Source of the DNA: Burkholderiales bacterium
GTDB lineage: Bacteria; Pseudomonadota; Gammaproteobacteria; Burkholderiales; SG8-39
DNA length: 64,000 nucleotides
Assembly: GCA_036381055.1 (NCBI GenBank)
Contig: DASVDO010000017.1
Location: 20,025-84,024 of the forward strand
Reading direction: 5' to 3'
Shown: positions 36,852 through 44,768 of the stretch, piece by piece
How the letters are laid out: each line of letters starts with the position of its first letter
Numbering within the stretch: position 1 is the first letter of the stretch
The notes under the pieces: generated by a model
Told to the model about the DNA's origin: nothing
The model's input: only the letters and a program-made list of their open reading frames with translations
Database searches by the model: none
Made by a program: the position numbers and the translations under genes

Positions 36852-37704
36852 GATGCCGCGCGCGCGCGTGCGGCGCCGCCGGCGGGTGCGCTGGGTGTGG
36901 GTGGTGCCGCTGGTCGCCGTGGCGGTGGCGGCGTGGCTGGTGTTCCAGCGCATCGAGCAGCGCGGCCCGGAGATCACCGTGACCTTCGAGGACGGCGCGG
37001 CGCTGCGCGTCGGCCAGACGCCGCTGCGCTATCGCGGCGTGCAGATCGGCGAGGTGTCGGGCGTGGGCCTGTCCGAGGACGAGCAGCACGCCGTGGTGCG
37101 CATCCGCCTGCACCGCGACGCGGGGCGGATCGCGCGCGAAGGCTCGCGCTTCTGGATCGTGCGCCCGCGCGTCGGCTGGGGCAGCTTCAGCGGGCTGAAC
37201 ACCGTGCTGTCGGGACCCGAGATCCAGGTGATCCCGGGCAGGCCCGACGCGCCGCGGCAGACCGAGTTTGCCGGGCTCGAGGCGCCGCCGGCGGCCATCG
37301 AAGGCGGCCTGCACATCGTGCTGCGCGCCGAGCGGCCGAAGATGCGCCCCGACGCGCCGGTGTACTACCGCGGCGTCGAGGTCGGCACGGTGCAGAAGCT
37401 CGACCTCGCGCCGAACGCGCTCTCGGCCGACGTGCACGTGATCATCTACCCGCGCTTCGCCGCCCTGGTGCGCGAAGGCTCGGCGTTCTGGGACGTGAGC
37501 GGCGTGGCGGTGAAGGGCGGCATCTTCAAGGGCATGCAGGTCGAGCTCGAGTCGTTGCGCTCGTTCATCACCGGCGGCGTCGAGTTCGCGACGCCGCCCG
37601 GCACGCGGCGCGCCAAGCCCGGGACCGTGTTCTTCCTCTACGACCAGCCCAAGCCGGAGTGGCTCGCCTGGGCGCCGAAAATTCCCATCCCCGGGGAAAA
37701 GTAG
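36838..37704 (+). CDS. pqiB: PqiB/MlaD family MCE protein (two MCE domains)
   Basis: WVWVVPLVA, GPEITVTF, LRYRGVQIGEV, FWIVRPR, PVYYRGVEVGTV, FITGGVEFATP. Confidence 0.8.
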   Translation: MSGDEMPRARVRRRRRVRWVWVVPLVAVAVAAWLVFQRIEQRGPEITVTFEDGAALRVGQTPLRYRGVQIGEVSGVGLSEDEQHAVVRIRLHRDAGRIAREGSRFWIVRPRVGWGSFSGLNTVLSGPEIQVIPGRPDAPRQTEFAGLEAPPAAIEGGLHIVLRAERPKMRPDAPVYYRGVEVGTVQKLDLAPNALSADVHVIIYPRFAALVREGSAFWDVSGVAVKGGIFKGMQVELESLRSFITGGVEFATPPGTRRAKPGTVFFLYDQPKPEWLAWAPKIPIPGEK

Positions 37705-37745
37705 TTAGGCTTCGCCCCGTGGCGCAGGCGGCGAAGAGATCGGGC

Positions 37746-38702
37746 ATGAAGCGCGCGCCGGCGCGGCGCCGGCCGCGCAAGGCGAAAGCGCACTCGCGCG
37801 GCCGCGCCGCCGCCGAGTGCCGCGTCGACACGCTGTCGCCCGAAGCCGATCAGGCGAGGATCCGCGTCGAGAACGAGGGCGGCTACGTGCTCGGCTGCTA
37901 CGCCGATCCGCTCGGCGGGCAGCCGGTGCTGGTGGCGGTGCTGCCGATCGACGCGGTGGAGCCGACGCCTTTCCAGCGCGACCTGTCGCAGGCGCACCAC
38001 CGCAAGCTCGCCGACGTGCTCGACCGCACCGGCATCTTCCTCGATCCGATCATCGCGGTCAGCGCGCCGGAGAAGGGCTTCTGGACGCCGAACGGGCGCC
38101 ACCGCCTGGAGGCGATGCGCCGGCTCGGCGCGAGGGCGATCACCGCGCTGGTGGTGCCCAAGCGCGAGATCGCGTGGCAGATCCTCGCCCTCAACACCGA
38201 GAAGGCGCACAACCTGCGCGAGCGCGCGCTCGAGGTGATTCGCATCTACCGCGGGCTGATCGACGAAGACGGGCGGCGCGCCGAGTCGTCGTTCGCGTTC
38301 TACCTGGAGGAGGCCTCGCTCGTGACGATCGGCGTGTGCTACGAGCGCAACCCGAAGTTCGCCGGCGCGGCCTACCACCCGATCGTGCGCCGCCTGCTCG
38401 CCTTCAGCGACGAGCCCGTGGCGAAGGCGATCAAGGCGCACGAGCGCTACGCCGCTCTGCTGCTCGAGCTCGACGAGCGCGTCAACGAGGTGATCAAGAA
38501 GCTGAAGGCGCGCGGCTTCACCAGCCCGTACCTGCGCGCCTTCGTCGTCGCGCGCATCAACCCGCTGCGCTGGATCCAGGGCGAGCCGCCGCCGCTCGAG
38601 GGCGTGCTCGAGACCATGCGCGAGCGCGCCGCGCGCTTCAACACCGACAAGGTGCGCCAGGAGGATCTCGCCGCAGCCGGCGGCCCGGCCGACGAGGACT
38701 GA
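37746..38702 (+). CDS. ParB N-terminal (ParB/Srx) domain protein
   Basis: PTPFQRDLS, FLDPII, TPNGRHRL, ALNTEKAHNLRER. Confidence 0.8.
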   Translation: MKRAPARRRPRKAKAHSRGRAAAECRVDTLSPEADQARIRVENEGGYVLGCYADPLGGQPVLVAVLPIDAVEPTPFQRDLSQAHHRKLADVLDRTGIFLDPIIAVSAPEKGFWTPNGRHRLEAMRRLGARAITALVVPKREIAWQILALNTEKAHNLRERALEVIRIYRGLIDEDGRRAESSFAFYLEEASLVTIGVCYERNPKFAGAAYHPIVRRLLAFSDEPVAKAIKAHERYAALLLELDERVNEVIKKLKARGFTSPYLRAFVVARINPLRWIQGEPPPLEGVLETMRERAARFNTDKVRQEDLAAAGGPADED

Positions 38703-38724
38703 TTCGGGGTCAGGGTCGTAATTC
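38700..38724 (+). repeat. REP-like repeat, left end of RAYT module
   Basis: TGATTCGGGGTCAGGGTCGTAATTC; perfect inverse of 39559-39583; begins with the ParB-gene stop TGA. Confidence 0.9.
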
Positions 38725-38759
38725 GTCAACCGGCCGGGCGCCTCGCGCGTTGTGCAGTC

Positions 38760-39316
38760 ATGGCGAGGCATCCGCGAGTCACTCTACCCGGCGTAGCGCT
38801 GCACGTCCGGCAGCGAGGCGTCGACGGGACGGCGTGCTTTCGCGAGGAGGCCGACAGGCTCGTTTATCTGTCTGCCCTGCGCGAGCTCCTCGGGAGGTCG
38901 CAGTGCGCCTTGCACGCGTACTGCCTGATGACTAACCACGGCACGGTCGCACGGGGACGTTGTGGGACGGCCGGTTTCGCTCGTGCCTGGTCGAATCGCG
39001 CGAATACGTGCTCGCGTGCCACCGCTACACAGAGCGCGATCCGGTCCGTGCCGGCATGGTTGCCTGTCCTTCGGCGTACCGCTGGTCGAGCTTCAAGGCG
39101 AACAGCGGTGAAGCCGAGGCTGCATTCGTTTCCGCGCTGCGTGAAGCGACCGACGGCGGTCTGCCGATGGTCGGACAGGCGCTGCGTTCCCGGCTGGAAG
39201 CCATGGGATGGCGCGTGGAGAAGGGCAAGCCGGGAAGGCGATCGGCGCCGACGCCCGATACGGCGCCGCTCAACGCCGAGCCGCAGTTCTCAGCGCGGCG
39301 AGAATTACGACCCTGA
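38760..39316 (+). pseudogene. REP-associated tyrosine transposase (RAYT, HUH/Y1) pseudogene
   Basis: Frame 1 MARHPRVTLPG..HVRQRG...HAYCLMTNH; frameshift near 38940 into HGRTGTLWDGRFRSCLV...RYTERDPVRAGMV....YRWSS; the second His of HUH and the following helix are deleted. Confidence 0.85.
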
Positions 39317-39325
39317 CCCCGATTC
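39302..39325 (-). repeat. REP-like repeat, internal copy
   Basis: GAATTACGACCCTGACCCCGATTC; 21-bp perfect inverse of 38704-38724; direct repeat of 39559-39582 with one mismatch. Confidence 0.9.
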
Positions 39326-39562
39326 CGCCTCGCAGGCGGCGGCTTCGCTGCGACAGCGCTGCTGGCAGGCCTGGTTCTCCGGGGCCTCGGTGGTGGTCTT
39401 GCGGCAATTGGCGATGCAGGCGTTGAGCGCGGCGCGGCAGCTCGGCGGCGCTTCGCTCTCGGCGCCGAGGTACTGCTGGTAGACGTAGTAGCCGATCACG
39501 GCGAGGGCGATCAGCACGATCAGCGTGCCGACCGCTCCGCCGCGCTGGCTGCGAGGAAGAAT
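39305..39562 (-). CDS. Small pilin-like / Cys-rich membrane-anchored protein; start uncertain
   Basis: Frame reads ILPRSQRG-GAVGTLIVLIALAVIGYYVY...C...C...C...C...C...C...ESGSGS*; stop supplied by the internal REP; ATT 39562 or GTG 39517. Confidence 0.6.
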   Translation of the reverse strand: MLPRSQRGGAVGTLIVLIALAVIGYYVYQQYLGAESEAPPSCRAALNACIANCRKTTTEAPENQACQQRCRSEAAACEAESGSGS

Positions 39563-39583
39563 TACGACCCTGACCCCGAATCA
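39559..39583 (-). repeat. REP-like repeat, right end of RAYT module
   Basis: GAATTACGACCCTGACCCCGAATCA, 25/25 inverse of 38700-38724; contains the GST stop TGA. Confidence 0.9.
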
Positions 39584-40201
39584 GAGCTTGAGGGCGCGCT
39601 GTACGCCGGGGCGGGCGCCGATCTCGGCGTCCCAGCGCTCGAGGTTGGCCATGCCGGCGACGAGCTCGGGGAAGGCGCCCCTGGTGCGCCAGTAGCCGGC
39701 GTAGAGCGAGAGGTCGGCGATGGTCACCTCGTCGCCGGCGGCGTACTTGTGCTTCGCCAGCTTGTCGTCCCAGACCTTGAAGTAGTTCTTCAGCCGCCCC
39801 TTGAACATGTCGGCCGACGCCGCGTGCGCCGCGGGCTCCTTGGCGCGCACGCAGGCGTTCACCGCGCCGAACATCGGCGTGATGTCGGTCGAGGCGCTCA
39901 TGTAGGCCTCGAGCATCGCCGCGCGCTTCGCCGGGTCCTTCGGGACCAGCCGGCCGGCCTTCTCGGCGCAGTACATGAGGATGGCGCTCGACTGGCTGAT
40001 CGTGAGCTTCTGCCCGCCGGGCCCGTCGTGGTCGACGATCACCGGGATCTGGCCGTTCGGGTTGAGCGCCAGGAACTGCGGCGTCTTGTGCTCGCCCTTG
40101 GCGAGGTCGATGGGATGCCAGTTGTACTTGAGCTCGCATTCCTCGAGCGCGATGCGCGCGCGCATGCCGTTCGAGGTGCCCGCGGCGTAGAGATCGATCA
40201 T
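39581..40201 (-). CDS. Glutathione S-transferase family (YfcG-like)
   Basis: LYAAGTSNG, NPNGQIPVIVD, SQSSAILMY, TIADLS. Confidence 0.9.
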   Translation of the reverse strand: MIDLYAAGTSNGMRARIALEECELKYNWHPIDLAKGEHKTPQFLALNPNGQIPVIVDHDGPGGQKLTISQSSAILMYCAEKAGRLVPKDPAKRAAMLEAYMSASTDITPMFGAVNACVRAKEPAAHAASADMFKGRLKNYFKVWDDKLAKHKYAAGDEVTIADLSLYAGYWRTRGAFPELVAGMANLERWDAEIGARPGVQRALKL

Positions 40202-40229
40202 GCCTTCCTCCCTCGCGAAATGTCCGATG

Positions 40230-40604
40230 TTAGAACAGCCGCGGGCCGAAGACGACGACGCCGATCGAAACGGCCGCCAGCATGGCGATCAGCACCGCGC
40301 CGGCGGCGACGTCCTTGGTCTTGCCGGCGAGCGGGTGGAATTCCGGGGAGACGAGGTCGGTCAGCCGCTCGACGGCGGTGTTGAGCGTCTCGGCGACCCA
40401 CACCAGCGCGAGCGCGGCGATCGCCGCGCACCACTCCAGGCGCGACAGGCCGAGCCACGCGCCGGCGGCGACGACCGCGGCGCTGACCGCGAGAAGCAGC
40501 CGCGTGTTGCGCTCGGCGAGCATGAAGCCGACGCCGCGCAGCGCGTAGCGCAGCGCCGGCAGCGGCCGCCAGGGCACGCCCTTTGCTCGGCCGATGTCAC
40601 CCAT
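40230..40604 (-). CDS. Prokaryotic diacylglycerol/undecaprenol kinase family
   Basis: YALRG, ERNTR, ETLNTAVERLTD, KTKDVAAGAVL. Confidence 0.85.
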   Translation of the reverse strand: MGDIGRAKGVPWRPLPALRYALRGVGFMLAERNTRLLLAVSAAVVAAGAWLGLSRLEWCAAIAALALVWVAETLNTAVERLTDLVSPEFHPLAGKTKDVAAGAVLIAMLAAVSIGVVVFGPRLF

Positions 40605-40620
40605 TTCCCCCGGAGGCCGC

Positions 40621-40878
40621 ATGACTCCCGATCCCATGCGGGGCGACAACCCCGCTTACCGCGATGATATCCGCGACTTCCAGGAAGACGCGGACGCGGC
40701 GCTGCGCTCGGCGAAAGAGCAGCTTACCGAGGTGCTCGACGGCATCAGCGAGCGCGCCCGCGAGTACGGGCGCTACGCCGACGAGCAGGTCCAGGCCAAT
40801 CCCTGGGCCGCGGTGGGCGTGGGGTTCGGGATCGGCGTGGCGATGGGCGTGCTGCTCGCGATCGCGGCGCGCCGCTGA
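40621..40878 (+). CDS. DUF883/ElaB-YqjD family tail-anchored protein
   Basis: ADEQVQANPWAAVGVGFGIG...RR C-terminus. Confidence 0.85.
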   Translation: MTPDPMRGDNPAYRDDIRDFQEDADAALRSAKEQLTEVLDGISERAREYGRYADEQVQANPWAAVGVGFGIGVAMGVLLAIAARR

Positions 40879-40968
40879 GGCGCGATAGCCTGTCGCCGCC
40901 ATGCGACGGCGCTTTGCGGGCGGCGCGACTTCCGGGCGGCGCGGCGCGCCGATAGCCTTGTTTCCGCC

Positions 40969-41154
40969 ATGACGCCGCCGCAGCCGCCCGCTCCCCCGGC
41001 CGCCGAGATCCTCGCCAAGCTGGCGCAGGTCGAGCAGAACGCCTGGATGCTGTTCAGCGAGCTGCCGCCGTGCGGCGCGAAGACGCGCGCGCTGCACGTC
41101 TACCTCGACGCGAAGGCGATCAAGTCTCGGCTGCAGGCGCCGGCGCCGACGTAG
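40969..41154 (+). CDS. Small hypothetical protein
   Basis: 61-aa ORF filling the gap, with typical codon use. Confidence 0.5.
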   Translation: MTPPQPPAPPAAEILAKLAQVEQNAWMLFSELPPCGAKTRALHVYLDAKAIKSRLQAPAPT

Positions 41155-41164
41155 CGGCCGCCGC

Positions 41165-41980
41165 CTAGAGCATCGGCCCGGGCTGGCCGAGCGCGTGCTC
41201 GGCGAGGCGGTGCACGATCCACTGGTAGGCCTCGTCCACCGAGTCGGTGCGGAACATGAGCTCGATGTCGCGCGGCTCGATCATGCCGGCGCTCGCGAGC
41301 TTGTCGAAGTTGATCACGTCCTTCCAGTACTCGGTGCCGAACAGCACGATTGGCATCGGCTTGCGCAGCTTGCCGGTCTGCACCAGGGTGAGCAGCTCGA
41401 ACAGCTCGTCGAGCGTGCCGTAGCCGCCCGGGAACACCAGCACCGCCTTCGCCAGGTAGGCGAACCAGAATTTGCGCATGAAGAAGTAGTGGAAGTGGAA
41501 CGCCAGCTCGCGCGTCACGTACGGGTTGTCGAACTCGGTGCGCGGGATGGAGATGGTGAGGCCGACGTTCACGCCGTGCGCCTCGGCGGCGCCGCGGTTG
41601 GCCGCTTCCATGATGCCCGGCCCGCCGCCGGTGCACACCACGAAGCGCTTTTCCTTGCGGTCGAGCTCCTTCGACCACTTGGTGAAGCGGAACGCCAGCT
41701 CGCGCGCCGCCTCGTAGTACACCGACATCTTGAGCGCCGTGCGCGCGCGCGCCACGTCGCCGCCGGTCGCCTCGGCCGCGCGCAGCGCCTCCTCGGCCGC
41801 CGCCTGCGAGAGGATGCGCGCCGAGCCCATGAAGACGATGGTGTCCTCGACCTTGTGGTAGTCGAAGCGGCTCTTCGGCTCGAGGTACTCGGCGAGGATG
41901 CGCAGCTCGCGCGCGTCCCTGGAGTTCAGGAAGCCGAGGTTGTGGTAGGCGTGGTCACGGGTTCGCTTGCGTTCGCTCAT
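41165..41980 (-). CDS. LOG family protein (TIGR00730 Rossmann fold)
   Basis: VFMGSAR, TGGGPGIMEAANRGA, FFMRKFWF, FPGGYGTLDE. Confidence 0.9.
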   Translation of the reverse strand: MSERKRTRDHAYHNLGFLNSRDARELRILAEYLEPKSRFDYHKVEDTIVFMGSARILSQAAAEEALRAAEATGGDVARARTALKMSVYYEAARELAFRFTKWSKELDRKEKRFVVCTGGGPGIMEAANRGAAEAHGVNVGLTISIPRTEFDNPYVTRELAFHFHYFFMRKFWFAYLAKAVLVFPGGYGTLDELFELLTLVQTGKLRKPMPIVLFGTEYWKDVINFDKLASAGMIEPRDIELMFRTDSVDEAYQWIVHRLAEHALGQPGPML

Positions 41981-41996
41981 TGCATAATCGTAGCGG

Positions 41997-43070
41997 ATGA
42001 CGCCCTTGCGCCTGGCGATCGACGAACGCCAGCTCGACGACCTGCGGGCGCGCCTCGCGCGCACCCGCTTTCCCGACGAGCCGCCGCTCGCGCCATGGTC
42101 GACGGGCACGAGCCTCGCTTACATGCGCGAGCTGGTGCCCTACTGGCAGGAGCGCTTCCGCTGGCGCGACTGGGAGGCGCGGCTCAACGCCTTCGCGCAG
42201 TACCGCGTGCCGCTCGGCGGCATCGAGCTGCATTTCCTGCACCGGCCGTCGCGCGACCCGGACGCGATCCCGCTCCTGCTGCTGCACGGCTGGCCGGGCT
42301 CGGTGGTCGAGTTCCTCGAGCTCATCCCGCTGCTCGGGCCCGGCTTCAGCGTGGTGGCGCCGTCGCTGCCGGGGTTCACGCTGTCCTTCCGGCCCGGCCA
42401 GCCGCGCTTCGGCGTCGAGGAGATGGCCGACCTGCTCGCCGAGCTGATGCAGCGGCTGGGCTACCCGCGCTTCGCGGTGCAGGGCGGCGACTGGGGTGCG
42501 TTCATCGCCTCGCGGCTCGCCGCGACGCGGCCGCAGCAGGTCCTGGGCATCCATCTCAACCTGCTCGCGGTGCGGCGCGACGCGAAGCGCCCCGCCGAGA
42601 GCGCCGAGGAGGCCGCCTACCGCGAGCGCCTGGCGGTGTGGCTGAAGGAGGAGACCGGTTACCAGTGGATCCAGGGCACCCGGCCGCAGACGCTCGCCTA
42701 CGCGCTTAGCGACTCGCCGGCCGGGCTCGCCGCGTGGATCGCCGAGAAGTTCCGCGCCTGGAGCGACGGGCCGGTGGATCGCGACGCGATGCTCGCCAAC
42801 ATCTCGCTCTACTGGTTCACCGGCGCGATCGGCTCCTCGTTCTGGCCGTACTACGCGCGGCACCACCGCGGCTGGCCGTTCGAGGCGGTCGACGTGCGCA
42901 CCGGCTACGCGCAATTCCCGAAGGAGATCCTGCGGCCGCCTCGCTCGCTCGCCGGCCGCATGTACCGGCGGCTGGAGCGCTGGACGGTGATGGCGCGCGG
43001 CGGGCACTTCGCGGCGCTGGAGGAGCCGCAGGCGCTCGCCGCGGAGATCAGGGCCTTCTTTGGTCGATGA
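41997..43070 (+). CDS. Epoxide hydrolase (microsomal EHN type)
   Basis: LRARLARTRFP, LLHGWPGS, QGGDWG nucleophile, GGHFAALEEP. Confidence 0.92.
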   Translation: MTPLRLAIDERQLDDLRARLARTRFPDEPPLAPWSTGTSLAYMRELVPYWQERFRWRDWEARLNAFAQYRVPLGGIELHFLHRPSRDPDAIPLLLLHGWPGSVVEFLELIPLLGPGFSVVAPSLPGFTLSFRPGQPRFGVEEMADLLAELMQRLGYPRFAVQGGDWGAFIASRLAATRPQQVLGIHLNLLAVRRDAKRPAESAEEAAYRERLAVWLKEETGYQWIQGTRPQTLAYALSDSPAGLAAWIAEKFRAWSDGPVDRDAMLANISLYWFTGAIGSSFWPYYARHHRGWPFEAVDVRTGYAQFPKEILRPPRSLAGRMYRRLERWTVMARGGHFAALEEPQALAAEIRAFFGR

Positions 43071-43245
43071 GGCCGGTCACCGGCAGCAGGCCGGGGCGGC
43101 TCGGCGTGGCGCCGGTGTCGACCACGCAGTTGCCGGCGTCGCAGTGCTCGCAGCGGGCGTAGGTGACTCCGTCGCGCGTCTTCTCGAAGCGGCGTACGTG
43201 GGAGAGGCCGCTGCACTGCTTGCAGACGAACTGCTGGGCGCGCAC
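43048..43245 (-). CDS. Possible small Zn-ribbon protein
   Basis: CKQC...CEHC pair in a 65-aa ORF; GTG start inferred; overlaps the 3' end of the epoxide hydrolase. Confidence 0.45.
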   Translation of the reverse strand: MRAQQFVCKQCSGLSHVRRFEKTRDGVTYARCEHCDAGNCVVDTGATPSRPGLLPVTGLIDQRRP

Positions 43246-43356
43246 TCGCGATGGCGGGCCGAAAGGTGAGGCTGACCATGCTAGCGGGGGAGGGCGCGCC
43301 GTCAAGGGAAATAATGCTTGGCGTTAAGGTACGATGGCGCGAGGAGGTGGAATTCC

Positions 43357-44322
43357 ATGACCGGAAAGATCATCGGCGTGTGCCTGGGTGCGGTGCTCGG
43401 CATCGCCGCGCCGCAGGCATTCTCGCAGTCCTACCCGGCGGGGCCGATCAACCTGGTGATCCCGCTCGCGCCGGGCGACGCCACGGACACGGCCGCGCGC
43501 GCCATGGCCGACGCGCTCGCCCGGGAGCTGAAGGTGGCGATCGTGCCGGTCAACAAGCCGGGCGCGGGCGGCGCGCTCGGCACGCAGTTCCTGGTGCAGG
43601 CGCCCAAGGACGGCCACACCATCAGCCTCACCAACAACGCCGCGCTGGTCTACCGCGCGATCCTCGAGCCGCAGGTGGCGTCGTACGATCCTTTCAAGGA
43701 CCTGACGCCGCTCGCGCTGGCGATGCGCTCGCCGTCGATCCTGGTGGTGGGCGCCGAGCAGCCGTTCAAGACCTTCGGCGAGCTGGTCGCGCACGCGCGC
43801 AAGAACCCGGGCAAGGTGCGCATCGGCACCGCCGGCCTCGGCTCGGTGGGCGATTTCTGCGTGCGCACGATCAACTCGCTCACCGGCGCCGACATCACCA
43901 TGGTGCCCTTCAAGGGCGCGGCGCCGGCCGTCACCGCGATGCGCGGCGGCCATATCGAGGGCGTGGTGCTCGCGCTCGGCACGATGGTGCCGCTGCTCAA
44001 GCAGGGGGCGGTGCGCGGCCTCGTCATCTCGAGCAAGTGGCCCGACATGCCCGAGCTGCCGACGATGCAGGAGCTGGGCTACCAGCAGCCGCTGTTCGGG
44101 GTCTGGACCGGGTTCTTCGCGCCGGCCGGCGTGCCTCCGGCGGCGACCAGGGTGCTGGTGCCGGCCCTGGAGCGCTCGATCCGCTCGCCCGAGGTCGGGG
44201 CGCGCCTGAAGGCGCTCGGCATCGCCGCCGACTACGCCCCGCCCGAGAAGCTGGTCGCCGAGATGCGCGACGAGCGCGAGCGCGTGCTGGAGATCGCCAG
44301 GAAGGCCGGCCTGGTGAAGTGA
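43357..44322 (+). CDS. Bug/TctC tripartite tricarboxylate transporter substrate-binding protein
   Basis: GAGGAGG SD; YPAGPINLVIPLAPG..TD, NKPGAGG..G, PDMPELPT. Confidence 0.9.
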   Translation: MTGKIIGVCLGAVLGIAAPQAFSQSYPAGPINLVIPLAPGDATDTAARAMADALARELKVAIVPVNKPGAGGALGTQFLVQAPKDGHTISLTNNAALVYRAILEPQVASYDPFKDLTPLALAMRSPSILVVGAEQPFKTFGELVAHARKNPGKVRIGTAGLGSVGDFCVRTINSLTGADITMVPFKGAAPAVTAMRGGHIEGVVLALGTMVPLLKQGAVRGLVISSKWPDMPELPTMQELGYQQPLFGVWTGFFAPAGVPPAATRVLVPALERSIRSPEVGARLKALGIAADYAPPEKLVAEMRDERERVLEIARKAGLVK

Positions 44323-44359
44323 CTTAGTTGCTTCCGGCCGCGGCGAGCGCGGGCTTACC

Positions 44360-44764
44360 ATGCCGCGCATGGCCGCGCCGCAAGCCTTCGATCGAAGCAC
44401 CCGGCAGCAGGGCGCGCGGGTGCTCGTCATCGACGACGACCGCGCGATCCGCGAGCTGCTGCGCCTGCACCTCGCCAACCAGGGCTACGAGGTGGCCACC
44501 GCGGAGGACGCGATCGTCGGCGGCAAGATGGCGCTCTCGGCGCGGCCGCAGCTCATCATCATCGACGTCAACCTGCCCTATCTCGACGGGCCGGAGTTCG
44601 TCGCCGCGCTGAAGGGCGACCCGGAGACGCGCGACATCCCGGTCGTCTTCCTCACCAGCGACGGCGACGTCGCCGACCGCGCCGGCGCGCTGGGCGCGGT
44701 GGCCTGCCTCACCAAGCCGATCATGGCCGACCGGCTGCTCGACGTCGTCGCGCGCGCGATCTAG
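44360..44764 (+). CDS. Single-domain response regulator (CheY-like)
   Basis: VLVIDDD, IIIDVNLP.LDG, VVFLT, CLTKP. Confidence 0.9.
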   Translation: MPRMAAPQAFDRSTRQQGARVLVIDDDRAIRELLRLHLANQGYEVATAEDAIVGGKMALSARPQLIIIDVNLPYLDGPEFVAALKGDPETRDIPVVFLTSDGDVADRAGALGAVACLTKPIMADRLLDVVARAI

Positions 44765-44768
44765 CTTC

